Assembly: GCA_013239625.1 (NCBI GenBank)
Contig: MU056000.1
Coordinates: forward strand, 14,533,787-14,591,455
DNA: 57,669 nucleotides
Direction: 5' to 3'
Source of the DNA: Lama guanicoe
Lineage: Eukaryota
Numbering within the stretch: position 1 is the stretch's first letter; each line of letters starts with the position of its first letter. Positions 1-13,524 of the stretch are shown here, piece by piece. Under the pieces are notes generated by a model. It was not told where the DNA came from and made no database searches. It worked only from the letters and a program-made list of their open reading frames with translations. The translations under genes were made by a program, and so were the position numbers.

Positions 1-418
1 TTTGCACAATGGGCAGGAAAGGTATTTTATATTCTGTTTTATAGTAGCAAATTCACTGTGTATAGTTTATAACACAGTGTTCACATTCACACATTCCTTT
101 TCCACATACAAGTAACTCCTATCCTTTTAAATACCTTATATGTTAATCTTACTATGAAAACAATATGCATAAAGGAAATGCAAAGTAAATTTGAAACAGA
201 CAAATCTGGTGATTTTTTTTTAATATAGCATCCTTAATTTTGGTCTTGCTAAAAATTAACAAGTTAGCAGAAAGGTAACGTACTTTTTTTTAATTTAATT
301 TAATTTAATAAATTTTATTTTTAGGATCACTGATCTAGGATTAGTCTTTACTTGGTTACACTTCCTCAGTGCACCCTTGTTTTGCTTCCACCAAGACAGA
401 ATATCCCTTTATGTAGAA

Positions 419-597
419 GAGTGTTCCCAAGTCTAGCTGCACATTAGAATCAACTGGGGAGCTTTAAAAAGCATCAATGTCTAAGTCCTACTTTCAGAGA
501 TTCTGATTTAATTGGTCAGGGGTAAGGCCAGGGCAAAGATACTTTTTATATGATTCCTTTGATGAGTCTGTGGTGCAACAGAGAATGAGAACTGCTG
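419..597. mobile_element. MER5B-like hAT-Charlie MITE
   Basis: About 180 bp with MER5-type motifs: gctgcacattagaatcaactggggagctttaaaaa, cagagattctgatttaattggtc and terminal gagaactgctg (consensus TIR GAGAACCACTG). Confidence 0.85.
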
Positions 598-2756
598 ACA
601 CAGGGGTTAGGACTTCAGGACTATAATGTGTGAGCACGTAATAAGCATTTCCTATTATGGAGAATATTGGAAGTTTCTAGAGTTTTTTATATTATGTGCA
701 TAATGTATTCAGAAGAGGATGTGTAGGAGCTTCAGTATCATAAAATGAAACATAACTTTGTATCCTCAGGATGAAATGGAATATGAGCTTGTGGCTTACA
801 ATGGAACCATAGTTTTAAAAACTGGCTACAGACTATTCCATTAAATAGGGCCACCTTAATTTCTCTGAATTATTATTCACATTAAAGCAGTTCTTAAGAT
901 CAAGGGATATGATCAGTGTCCAGGACAGAGAAAATAAATATTTATCTAAATCTGGAAGCCAGAGGAAATCGGCATACTGCCATAGTACCCAATGAAAACA
1001 GAAGTAGACAGAGAAAAAGCTCTCTAACCACTTTTAAATGAGCTCATAGACAGGGAAATGTTTCATATCTGAATTTTTGGAGGAGAGTGAATTTATGTTA
1101 ATGTGGCAGTTCTACTTTTAAATTGAAGTTTTTAAAAAATGTACCTTTTTTATGCCATTATCATTTGGCTTTGGAGAGGCAGCGCTAAAACTTGATAAAT
1201 TTTAGCTTTCAAATCTGAGCATCTGACTTTGGCACAGAAAGCAGAGTCTGAGCATGCAGCACTGGCGTTAGGGCAACAAAGCCCAGGATCCAGCGCCAAT
1301 AGCAAGTGCACATTTCAAGCCCTATCCTGGGAGCCGGCACATAATTTCATAAATTCATTGCCCTCCATCTGTGTATTGTCCCTTGGCTCCCTAGTCAAGC
1401 AATAGGTAGAGCTTCAATGACACAAATGATGTCCTATGTGCTCATATAATTTATTACCCTTTGAATGTTCAGAACAAAGGTCATATTCAGTACAGACCTA
1501 CAGGAATTTGCTTTCTCTTACTTTCCCTTTTTCTCATTATACTTGGCTTTTTCTTTTATCTTGGGACTCAGCTTTCACTAGAGTTGGAAATAAATCTTTT
1601 TCTTTTTTTTCTCCTTCTTCTCAGCTTGCCCTTGACTGCTATGGAAACCAAAAAAGAGCTATAGAAATCCTGGAAAATTGATTTTTTTCCTTGGATGAAG
1701 GCTAGGGTGGTTACTGAAGGTCTTTTAAACCCTAATGCAGGTTTTAATGGCCAAAAAGGGAAATGTAGCTTCTATTGAATTGAATCCAAATTATCTTGGC
1801 TGTCAGACACAGGGGAAAAAAAGTAGAGAAGCTGACATTTGTCTCTCAATGTCAGTATAATTATCCTAGTATAATTGCAACCAGTAAAAAAGAGAGAAAA
1901 TTTAGAAAGACACAAGATGTTATCTCAATAAAAAAGGAAAAGGACCATTCATTTGATTTCTTGGCTAAATTTTTTGTTCATTTTTCAAAAAATGCAAGCT
2001 TTCATAGTCAGACACTAACTTCTTCATTTATTTCACTTACTGTGAAACGTGATGTGAATAAGTCACTTTTTCTGATGGTTAATATCACAATGTGCTCCTA
2101 TTCAGTGGTGAACAGGAGTTCAATGCAGAGGAATTATTGGGAGAAATGGATAATCAAAGAAAATGTTTGTTTCTGTTTTGAAAATATCTTGCCAGGTGCT
2201 CTAATCTGCCACTCTGTGTCACACGTGAGTCGTCAAAAGCTTCCTGCACTGTCTGCTTATCTGGTTGTTAATAAACCACATGGTCATCTGATTTGGAAAT
2301 TATTTGATGCTACAAGCAAGAAACAAATAAATACACTACAGCAATTTATGAAAAAGGAAATATTCTTTTAAAATTGAAATTTTAGTTTTTATTAACGCCT
2401 TTTATTTCTAGAGATCTAGAGGCTCCCCCGATAAGTAATTAATGCTGTCTTTTTTAAAAAACAACATGGATAAAAACTTCACATCCAGATAAATTTGTTG
2501 ATCATATCATCTTCATTGTCATTGTCATCAACATCATACATAACAAACATGATTCTAATGGATTGGTGTCTATTAGCACACTTATCCTTTTAATCAATCC
2601 TATGCCATTGTTGCTGTGATTACTTTAGAGGTGAGGGAATTACAATGCAGAGAATTGAATCCACTCCTAGGTGGAAGAGCTGGGGTTTCTGTCTAGAACT
2701 CTGGGATCATCAACCATAATCTTACTCCTAAAAGTGACTGTGAAATAACTGAAATC

Positions 2757-3870
2757 ACTCATTCATTTACTCATAAAATATTGTACAGATGTACCAAGTG
2801 TTGTGTAAAAAATATTGAAAAGTCACATACGAAGCTTATGTGCAGTAAATCAATGTTACACAAGCTACAAAGACTGACATACTCAGCTGTGTATTTTGAG
2901 ATCATTCTTGCCCCTTTGATGGGAATGTTTCGAGAGGGCTCTGAGAGAAGGGGGGCTCTGAATTGGAAGACCATGTCATCAGGCCACACAACAGAATCTG
3001 CTGGTCCAGGTGAAGGTAGGAGAAGTAGTGATCAGAACGGGTGTGTGCTTTAGGAGCAGAGGGGAAAGGAAACTTTCTTAAAGATGCAGAGGTATACTTC
3101 CATTAAAAATAAATAAATGAATAGATAAATCTAATTACCTCCCCCCCCAAAAAATAAAAAAAATGCAGAGGTGGTAGAAGGAGGTGAGCCTTGGTGAGGG
3201 AAGTAGAATCAAGAATTATGAGTGGGATCTTGCATGGAAAATGGCGTGGTGGGGTGAACAATGGAGGTGGATTATGGAGGGAGGTCAGAAGTTCTCCAAA
3301 GTGCAAGGTTGGTAAGCCTCAGACATCTTTCTAAGTAGAGATGTCAATGAGGCATCTTTTAAGGAACTCTGGACACCAGACAAGAGGTTAAGTCCTAGAT
3401 CCGTATGTGGTGATCTCCAGAATATGGAAGAATGGTAGGTAACCTCTGAATTTGGCAAAATGGAAAAAGACAAGGGTATGTTTTGGTAAGAGATGGCTGA
3501 AGAAACCTGATCAGAGTGGCACCGTCTGTGACACAGATTCAAGTACATGGAAAATATTTATAGTCCTTTTTAGAAATGTGCTTGTATTGGGGAACAAAGA
3601 AATAAGCCAATGACTAGAGAATGTCAAGAGTATGTCTGGCTTGTTCTAAGATGGAAGACAACAAGCACACTGATATGCTACTGGAAAGAAGACGAGTAGA
3701 GTGAAACAATTTTAGGAAACAGAAGACTTCTAGAGAAGAGGAGCCTTTGAGAACAAGAGAGGGGTAGGAGTCAGAGGATCAAGTTCACACCTGGCACTTG
3801 ACAGGAGAAGGGAACCCTCCTCCAGGGAAAGAAAGGAACATAGGGAAGAGACGCTCATGAGTGCAGGCTG
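2757..3870 (-). mobile_element. Highly diverged L2 LINE remnant
   Basis: Begins with cactcattcatttactcataaaatatt (reverse of the L2 3' tail), followed by purine-rich sequence typical of antisense L2. Boundaries are approximate. Confidence 0.45.
3094..3162 (+). mobile_element. 5'-truncated camelid Vic-1-type SINE (3' tail only)
   Basis: tacttccattaaaaataaataaat...ctaattacctccccccccaaaaaa matches the tail of the full SINE at 15937-16064. Flanked by a direct repeat atgcagaggt (3084-3093 and 3163-3172) consistent with a TSD. Confidence 0.8.
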
Positions 3871-3929
3871 GAAGCTTTGGTTACAAACATATGAGGGTGG
3901 CTTTTTTCTTCACCAGCCAGCACTGACTA

Positions 3930-4135
3930 TTCAACATTTAGTGAGTCCTTTCCACACCCTAGGCATGTTCTGAAGCATTTTACATGCATTAGGCACTAAA
4001 TGAGGAAAGTGATATTGATAACTTCCTTGTACCAGTGACGAAATAGGCATGAAGAAGACAGTTTTTGCAAGACCACAGGACTGGAAGTCAGCTGAAAGTG
4101 TCTAACTTTAGTCTACATTCTTACTCATTCAGCTA
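3930..4135 (-). mobile_element. MIR SINE remnant
   Basis: acatttagtgagt...ctaggcatgttctgaagcattttacatgcatta resembles the reverse MIR 3' end, followed by a degenerate core. Confidence 0.55.
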
Positions 4136-4322
4136 AAATGGCCTACTGAAACAAAGTTATTATTGGGGAGAGCAAAGTTCTGTATTTTGTAAGATGTATA
4201 AGGAGATTTAAAAATATATATTTATTTAATGAAATGATCGTGTGTATAAAAATCAAGCCTGCTGGAAAACAGCACAGATTTCAATAGAAAGAGGTTAACA
4301 GTTAACTTAAGTGTGTGGTGAT

Positions 4323-4421
4323 TACACACACATACACACACACACATGCATATGCTTTATGTATACATGTGCGTGTGTGTGTGTGTGTATAAAAACACAC
4401 AAATATATATATATGTATATA
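4323..4421. repeat. Compound (CA)n/(TG)n/(TA)n microsatellite
   Basis: CA tract 4324-4346, TG tract about 4368-4388, TA tract about 4403-4421, read directly. Confidence 0.9.
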
Positions 4422-4829
4422 TAATTTTTCCCTAGGGAAATACTATTTGTGAGCACAGTCACAAATGAATCTGATTTCTACCAATTTAAAAATTATACAT
4501 TGTTTTCTTACAGTTGTTTATCTTTCTCAAATTTTAGTGTTATCCAACAGTGTTCAGGCCAATAGTCAATTGTGACTTTACTTTTTGTTGTTGTTGTTCT
4601 TTTTCACCCTGGGATAATTTGTCGGAAATTAAATCTGGACTCTAATACATAGACGTTTCCATATTTTACATTTTAAGCTTATCTCTTCAACATGGGATAA
4701 TAATAGAACATCACTGGGCCATTGCGAGATTTAAATGACAGATATTAGAGACAAGTATAAATGCCAATATTCTTGTTGATATGCTGTTATAATTAGGCTA
4801 TTTTTCTTTCTGCATTGATTTTTGTCATT

Positions 4830-5470
4830 CTTCAGTCTATTTTCCTAAACTCATTCAAAGTGATATTTTAGAAATTCATATAGATTATTACTCTTCTATT
4901 AGAATAATAATTTAGTAGCTTCCCTTTGCTGTCAAGATAGAATCTAAAATACACGTCACCTGTCAGACTCTACAGCTAGGCCTTGCTTACTTCAAAAGCC
5001 CTAACTCTGCTCCCTCACTTAAGATGGTAGCCTTCCTTAGATCTTAAATATGGCACGCTCCTTTGCACCCCAAGGCCTTTCCACCCTCTTTTCCCCCAGT
5101 TTGGAATGTTTTACAGATCCCAGTTGTCACCCACATCACTGTACCAAAACTTCCAATACCACCTTTGTATACTTTACATCTGGCTCAACCTTATCTTCTC
5201 AAATTATATGCCACTCACTCAAACAACCATTCTCTGTGTCTCAGAGTGAGGTTATATTTCACTAGGTCTGTGAATTTAGAACCTCATCACTTTCAATTTT
5301 CAGCCTTTTTCACATTTGTAATCAAAGCATTAATTGTATACTCAACTGTCCAATTTCAGTCTCCTTTGCAAAAAAAAAAAATTGCTAGCTGCATCAAGCC
5401 AAGAACTGTTCTGTCTGATTGTCCTTTGCATGTAGTAGGTGCTTAATAAATTTATCATAAATGAATGAAT
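4830..5470 (+). mobile_element. L2 LINE 3' region
   Basis: Pyrimidine-rich L2-like body ending in the canonical tail gtagtaggtgcttaataaatttatcataaatgaatgaat. Confidence 0.7.
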
Positions 5471-5779
5471 CAATATCGACATTTAGGGTTATCACACTCA
5501 ATATCTGATTGAATGCTTCATTGGTGGTATATTACATTGGTGGTATATTAAAGATCTGTCTTATCTACTTAAAAGCATTTAAATAGCCCTAAATATATAC
5601 CCTGAAAAGATACTGTGAGCTCTAAGTAGTACTTTCATAAAAATCTTTTTAAACCAGCCAAGGTGCAAATAAATAACTACTTGCAAATTCAAGCAATTTA
5701 ATCAGATATATCAGACAATATGACAAAGACAGAGCAGATGCATTTCTATGGCACTAACCTAGTCCCCAACCCACACAGT

Positions 5780-5945
5780 CAGTATGCACTCAACATGTGC
5801 CGCGTGGTGTGTTAAATGCTTTCATGCACAAGGATGCTGGGGTCTGGAAAGGCAAATCTCCTCTACCATTCTGCAGATAAATGGCAGGGAATGAATTAAA
5901 ACCAGGATCTGTCTGTTTTGTAACCTGTGTCCCCTACATCATTAC
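5780..5945 (-). mobile_element. MIR remnant
   Basis: atgtgccgcgtggtgtgttaaatgctttcatgca...aaatggcagggaatgaattaaaaccaggatctgtctg resembles reverse MIR. Confidence 0.5.
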
Positions 5946-6709
5946 ATCCAGCTCAAACTCAGTTCTGCAGATACTCCAAGAAGAGACAAAGTAGAGTCAA
6001 TGTTGAATGAGATTTTTCAGAGGTGGCTTTTGGAAAGTGGTAAATGTCTATTGAGTGAATAAAATGATTAGTCAGCATTCAGTGAGGCTAACAGTTATTG
6101 TTGGAGTTCCCCCTCTATCCAAGGTAGGTAAGTCTCTGTAGTGCGAGTTCTGGAAGAGAATAGATTTGAAGACATCTTAGGACTTGAATTTATTCTAAGG
6201 AACTCCCTGGTATTTTACAAAGAACCCCAACGGCTGAAACTTTTCATTTAGTCTATGGCAGAATCACTAAAGACTACTCTTAAGTTCTTTTTCTTACTTT
6301 CCTTCCAACACTCTTTAGACAAATTCAATATAAACAAGTCTTTTCAGAACCAAGAATCACCAATCCAGATGTTGTCAAACTGAACATGTCAACCTCCAGG
6401 GAAAAGAGGGAATGGCATGAAAAATAAACATCTGAATATTCCTTCACAAATAATAGTATAACAGTAATAATGATAATAACAATGTCAACTAATATAAAAA
6501 TGTACCCAAAGCAAAACTGATGACAGTGTGTTCATCTGAGATAAGAACTGAATTCACTTTACACACGGATTCTTTTATTTCATTAAATGTCCTAAAACAG
6601 AGTAAATTTATTAAGTAGCATTAAGTTTGAAGTTGACTTCTTGGATTTAAACTAATTTAGAATTTTTTTTGATCATGGAACACTAGCCAAGTAACTTTTT
6701 TTGGAGCAT

Positions 6710-6824
6710 GGAACACTAGCCATGTAACTCATGTGACTGAGGAACTTAATTTTTAATTTTGCTTAATTGAATTTCAATTTAAGTAGCTATAGGAGGCTTG
6801 TGGCTACCATATTGGACAGTAAAG
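6710..6824 (+). mobile_element. MER3-like hAT-Charlie MITE, 3' half
   Basis: gtgactgaggaacttaatttttaatttt...ttgtggctaccatattggacagt matches the MER3/Charlie1 terminus. Confidence 0.75.
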
Positions 6825-7669
6825 GTCAAATGTCTCCCTTTGTAGTATCGTTAATTGTATAGATAAGTATCAGTGTATACACAGGGCTTATCCTCACCCT
6901 CCTTCTTAGCTTTTCTGAATTTCCTTTGTCTCAGTTTTTCTGCCCTTATAATCCAACACAATCCTGTTTATGCCTGCTTGATAAAACTCATTTAACCTTT
7001 CTCCTTTGCAGTTTCCAAACCTAGGCTCTGGGGACTATAACACTTATTGTTAGATCTGCGTTCATTTACCTCATGGGGGATGGTCAGGATTAATCTCAGG
7101 CTGTTTAGATAGGACAGGCAATAAATCTGACAACTGAAAGGAGGAAGCTAAAGGTTTTCCATACTTTCATTACTCTGCTAGACTAACATTACTTAGGAAG
7201 TAAAATAAAAAATTGTTTGTAACACATTAGAGACTATTAAAGACAAACAGCAATAGTATATCAAAGAGCTCCCCAGTGCTTTGATCTATGTCTGTCCGCG
7301 AACATTCTTTATAAACAATCACTCTGGCTTCCACTAGAGACTGTGTCTTTCACATCAATTTCCTGAGGCAAAAAATTTGTTAGTTTTTCATCCCATAGAC
7401 CATAATTTCCTCCTTTATTTTATATCCTTGCTGGATATAAATTAAAATAATTACTCTTAATGTTTTCCTTTTTTTCCTTTTGAACCAGTCTAGACAGTGT
7501 AAGATTACAGTGGAGACACACTACATAAGAAAGTATTCTGCACTGAGCTCTAGGTCACCAACCACGTGGTGGAACAAGAAGGCAGGATGGTTGCTTTGCT
7601 GTAACGTGGAAATTGGCATGGGCCTCTGTTACTACATTCCTAAAAGGTTTGTAAAATTGATACATTTTT

Positions 7670-7790
7670 AATTTATTCAAAAATATTACCTAAATATCGA
7701 CTATGATTCAATAATGTGATGGGTTCTGGGTATAAAACAATGAATAAAATAGGCAAGACCTTACAATTTAATCTATTGAATCAAACAGCA
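7670..7790 (-). mobile_element. L2 3' end fragment
   Basis: atttattcaaaaatatt...ctatg...gggttctgggtataaaacaatgaataaaataggc resembles the reverse L2 terminus. Confidence 0.5.
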
Positions 7791-8240
7791 AACACTTTGA
7801 AAGAAACAAATTCACATGGAACAATTATCTTGAAAATCTTCCTTTCTTTCTCTCCTTCTCTCCCTTCCTTCTTTTCTGTTTTCCTTTCTTCCTTTTTTCT
7901 TTCACTATGATTATGGAGCTTTTTTTTTTTTACCTCTTTCTTTCTATTGAGATTTCAGCATTACTAGTTTAACATTCTTCATTTTCACTTTGGTTTGTAA
8001 TAAATAAATATGGTCATCAAAGCTATGCCTAAAATGAATATTAATTGGCATTGTGTAAGAGCTTAACTTCTCTTTCTACAAATAAAGAATATGGGCATCA
8101 GTAAATGCACTTGGTGCTCTCTATTTGTCTGTGCTTGGTCCCTTTATATGGCTCCAACATTTAAGTTTTACTTCAGTTTATGTCACAGATAAGTTACCAA
8201 TGAGATGGATTAAAGAAACGTTATTAAGATGGCACATTAG

Positions 8241-11200
8241 CCCTATATGATTACCAGTCTAAAGAAATAGATTCAGAAATGGGTTAACATACTTGACAAA
8301 CAGGGTAACCATAAATCAAAAGCATACAATAGAGTCACAAAAATAAATCAAAAAAAAAAAAACTCAAGCTAATGTAAAAGAAAAATAACAAAAAGCAAAA
8401 GGATAAACAAAAAAAGAAAAAAGCAAGGAACAAAGAAGAAATACAAAATGAAATGGAAAACAAAGTTTAAAATGGCAACAAACACACATCTATTAATCAT
8501 TACTATAATTATCAATGGACTAAATGCTCATATCAGAAGACATAAAGTAACAGAATGGATAGTAAAACAAGAGCCTATAATATGCTGCCTGCAAGAGACC
8601 CACTTTAGAGTGATGGATACACATAAATCAAAAGTGAGAGGATGGAAAAAGTTGTTTTATACAAATGGAAATGACAAGAAATTGGGGTAGTAATACTCAT
8701 GACAGACAAAACAGGCTATAAAACAAAGGCCATAAAGAAAGATAAAGAAGGACACCATGTAAGGATAAAAGGAGCAATACAAGAAGAGGATATTATACTC
8801 ATTACTATATTTGCACCCAGTACAGAAGCACCTAACTATATAAAACAAATACTAACAGACAAAAAGGGAGAAATTAATGGGAACACAATAATAGTAAGAT
8901 ATTTAACACCCCAGTAACATCAATGAACAGATCTTCCAGACAGAAAATCAAAAAGGCAATGGAGATACTAAATGATACAATAGAACAGTTAGACTTAGTT
9001 GATATTTTCAGTACATTATACCTCCCCCAAAACAGAATATACATTCTTTTTAAGTGCACATTCTGGAGGATGGACCACATTCTCAGACACAAAAGAAGCC
9101 TCAACAAATTTAAGAGAATAGAAATTATTTCAAACATCTTTTCTGCCACAATGGCATGAGACTAGAAATCAACCACAGAAAGAAAAACAAGGAAAATAAA
9201 TGACTGTATAGAGACAAAACAACAAGCTACCAAAAAAAGGGGAGTCAACAATGAAATCAAAGAAGAAATTGAGAAAACTGGTAATGAAAACACAACAAAA
9301 AAATCTATGGGATGCATCAAAGGCAGCCCTACAAGGGAAGTTCGGAGTGACACAGGCCTTCCTCAGAAAGCGAGAACAATCTCAAATAATCAATTTAAAC
9401 TGCCACCTAAAAGAATTTTTAAAAAGAAGAACAAAGAAAACTTGAAGTCAGCAGAAAGAAAGAAATAATAAAGGTCAGGGAGGCAATAAATAAAATTGAG
9501 ATTTAAAAAAAAAGAAAAAAGGTCATTCAAACCAAGACCTGGGTTTTGAAAGAATAAACAAAGTCAACAAGCCTCTGGACAGGCTCACCAAGAAGAGAGA
9601 GGACATGAAAAAACAAAAAAAGAAATGAAAATGGAGAAATTACAACCAACACCACAGAAATACAAAAAAACCATAACAGAATACTATGAACAACTATATG
9701 GAAACTAATTGGATAACATAGGAGAAATGGAAAAGTTTCTAGAAACAAGCAGTCCACCAAAACTAAAACAAGACATGAATCATTTGAACAGACTGATCAT
9801 AGCAAGTGAACTAGAATCAGCAATAAAAAACGTCCCTGCAAAGAAAGTCCGGGACCAGGTGGCTTCACTGGGGAGTTCCACAAAGATAGAAAGAACTCAT
9901 ACCTATTGTTCTCAAACTCTTCCAAAAGATTGAAGAGGAAGGAATACTCCCGAACTCATTCTATCAAGTAGTAAAGAAACACTCACTTTCAAAATTACAT
10001 GAAAAACAGCAAAATACTTAGGAATAAACTTAACCAAGTTGGTGAAAGATTTATACACTGAGAACTACAAAACAATAATTAAGGAAATTAAAGATGACTT
10101 AAAGCAATGGAATGATACCCCATGCTCTTAGACTGGAAGAATTAATATTGTTAAAATGACCACACTACCCAAAGCAGTCTATAGATTTAATGCAATCCCT
10201 GTCAAATTACCCAGGACATTTTTCACAGAACTAGAACAAATAGTCCTAAAATTTACAGGGAATCACACACACACAAAACCCCAAATTGCCAAAGCAATAC
10301 TGAAGAAAACGAACGAAGCTGGCAGAATAACCTTCCCAGGTTTTAGACAATAAACACTACAGAGCTACAGTAATCAAAACAGCATAGTATTGGAACAACA
10401 ACAGACATGTAGATCAATGGAACAGAATAGAGAGCCCAGAAATAAACCCACACACTTATAGTCAATTAACCTTCGACAAATGAGGCAAGACTATACAATG
10501 GAGAAAAGACAGTCTCTTCAGCTAGTGGTGTTGGGAAAGTTGGACAGCCACGTGGAAATCAATGAGTTAGAACACTCCCTCACACCATTCACAAAAATAA
10601 ACTCAGAATGGCTTAAAGTCTTAAATATAAGAGAGACACTATAAACGTCCTAGAAGAAAACATAGGCAAAATCTTTTCTGACATAAACGTTAGCAATGTT
10701 CTAAGGCAGTCTACCCAGCCAATAGAAATAAAAGCAAAAATAAACAAATGGGACCTAGTTAAACTTATAAGCTTTTGCATAGCAAAGGAAGCCTAGACTG
10801 AACAAAAAGACAACCTACAAAATGGGAAAAAAATATTTTCAAATAATAAGACTGGCAACAGCTTAATTTCCAGAATATACAAATAGATCATACAACTTAA
10901 CAAACAAACAAAAACAAACCAACAACTTAATCCAAAAATTGGCAGAAGACCTAAACAAGCCATTCTCCAGTGAAGACATACAAATGGCTAACAGGCACAA
11001 GAAAAAATGCTCTATATCACTAATTATCAGAGAAATGCAAATCAAAAGTACAACGAGGTATCACTTCATACCAAGCAGGATGGCCATCATTCAAAAGTCC
11101 ATAAATGATAAATGCTGGAGAGGCTGTGGAGAAAAGGGAACCCTCCTACACTGTTAGTGGGAATATAGTCTCATGCAGTCATTATGGAAAACAGTATGGA

Positions 11201-11901
11201 GATTCCTCAAAAAACTAAAAATAGACTTACCCTATGATCCAGCAATTCCACTCCTGGTAATATATCTGGAGGGAGCTCTAATTCAAAAAGATATATGCAC
11301 CCCAGTGATTACAGCAGCACTATTTACAATAGCCCACTCATGGAAACAACCTAAACATTCATCAACAGATGACTGGATGAAGAAGTTATTTATATATACA
11401 CAATGGAATAGTACTCGGCCATAAAAAAGGAATAAAAAATGCCATTTGCAGCAACATGGATGTACCTGGAAATCATCATTTTAAATGAAGTAGCCAGAAT
11501 AAATGAAGTAAGCCAGAAGGAGAAAGAAAAATACCATACGATATCACTTATCTGTGGAGTACAAAAAAAAAAAAAAAGACAAATGAACTTATCTACAAAA
11601 CAGAAACAGGCTCATAGAAAACAGACTGATGGTTACCAGGGTGGAAAGGGATTGGTATGGCATAAACTGGGAGTTCAAGTTTTGAAGATACTCACTATTA
11701 CACGTAAAATAGATAAACTTGCTGTTTCTACTGTACAGCACAGGGAACTATATTCAATATCTTATAGTAACCTATAATGAAAAAGAACATGAAAGCGAAT
11801 ATATATATATATATATACATATATACATATGTGACTGAAACATTATGCTGTACACCAGAAACTGATGCAACATTGTAAACTGACTATACTACAATGAAAA
11901 A
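8241..11901 (+). mobile_element. 5'-truncated L1 LINE (inter-ORF region, ORF2, 3' UTR) with an internal deletion of the RT core
   Basis: ORF2 fragments in the track (MATNTHLLIITIIINGLNAH...[53 protein letters not shown]). 3' end tgtaaactgactatactacaat plus A tail. Degenerate TSD aagatggcacattag (8226-8240) vs aagattgttcattag (11902-11916), 12/15 identical, at a TT/AAGA site. Confidence 0.95.
8472..9159 (+). pseudogene. Disrupted L1 ORF2 endonuclease (APE-like) domain
   Basis: NGLNA, CCLQETH, KKDKEGHH..IKGAIQEEDI and RMDHIL motifs are split across three track ORFs by stops and frameshifts. Confidence 0.9.
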
Positions 11902-13524
11902 AAGATTGTTCATTAGTATAACCCCCAAATCATAAACAGAAATATGTACATTTAGTTAGGATTGTGAGTTTAAAGTTGTGATATAATAAATAGAAAGCAC
12001 TACCTTGTAAAGATGAAAGCTAGAACTCCGTATGTGACATGAATAAAAATGTTAATATGTCAATCTATCGGTAACTTTAGATTAGATGATAGGGGAAATA
12101 TAAACATTAAAGAGAATCATGGACGTGCACATCTTTCAGAGACTATTTTGTTTTTTCATATCAATAAGTTACCATGTCTCATTTCAGTTACTTCGGGGAT
12201 GCAGTCTTATGAAAGTTAACAGGTAACTCTGATTTCAAAAAATTGAATGAAGTTGGGATTTTGGTCCTGTCATGCTACTTGTCTGGTTCATTTGTTTTGG
12301 GGTGGACTTGGTTTTCTTTTAAATCAAATTAATTAAAAATGAGAAAAAGAAAAAATGAACAGCCCTTCCCTGATGTCCTAAATTAGCACACACATTGTGT
12401 CCTTTAGATGTTATTTCACATCTTTGGTGTCATTGTGCTTAAAATGTCAGACCATGTAGAAAAAAGACAAAATCTGGCTCTTCCTAAAGTGGTCAGTTCC
12501 CTCCTTAGAGTAATGTAGTTTGCTCCACAAGAAAGCAGCAGCTACCTGTCATGTTTCAATATTTTAATACTTGCTGATAGAATTTGGACAGAGTACTGGA
12601 AAAAACCCTCACAATTAAATGTGAAACTTTCATCCCCATCATACACAATAATTCATGTACATGAGCCTGCAAATTATTTACTTTTGCTTGACTCTGTCCA
12701 AACTACATTTGGTTATAAATCTGGTTTCAAGCAAAAGTTGGGAAGATATATTTAGTACAGTATTTTAGTTACAAGAGGTCACTCTGAACTAATTATTTTC
12801 TTGGTGTAGGTTCCTCCTTTATACTCGTTAATTATAGACTGTCAAAAGTGGGCTTTTAACTTAAATGCCTCAAGCTTTGTTACCCACATCTGGCAATATA
12901 AAAATGGTAAAGTGATGCCATCATCGAAACACATAATAAATACTGGAAAATAATAGTTGCTGCATACTGATTAATCTTGGAAATGTATTTGATACTGAAG
13001 ACCAGCTAAGGCATCTAGCAGTGAGTCAAAGAAAACGTCAAGCTTAAGTCACCATAGTGAAAGTCATAATGTACATAAATGTGTATCACTTATATACTTT
13101 GCAATATATACATAGATGGAGAAAACTAAAATTAATATTAAAAATACAATTGGAAAGGAGGATTCAGACATTACAAAATTGTTCTGAACTTTTTTAATGA
13201 GGAACTTAGCTATTGTTAAGGATGTGAGGACTCAGAGGAGTCAACTAGTATGAAGATTCACAAGTTACCACCTGCCAATATATGAACTTCTCGGTCATGA
13301 ATTTATTTCTTTAAATTGATGCTTAGCTTGACACCCATTATTTCTTATACCTTAAGACAGTGAGTGATAAACTTTGTATCTGAGATCACAAACTCTTTGT
13401 CCTCCTGAAGAAAGTTTACACATTCCTCAGTTAATTTGTTAGCAGTTAACAACCCTCTCCTTGAGGGCACAGCCACCAAGGAGGCTGAGGGCAGCCTTGT
13501 AAGACCTAAGCACAGATCTAGATA

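Noticed and set aside
1796..2371. 191-aa ORF
   Set aside because: Non-ATG start, composition typical of AT-rich non-coding DNA, no recognisable domain.
5519..5550. 16-bp tandem duplication cattggtggtatatta (similar one at 11482-11518)
   Set aside because: Real but ordinary slippage duplications with no sign of function.
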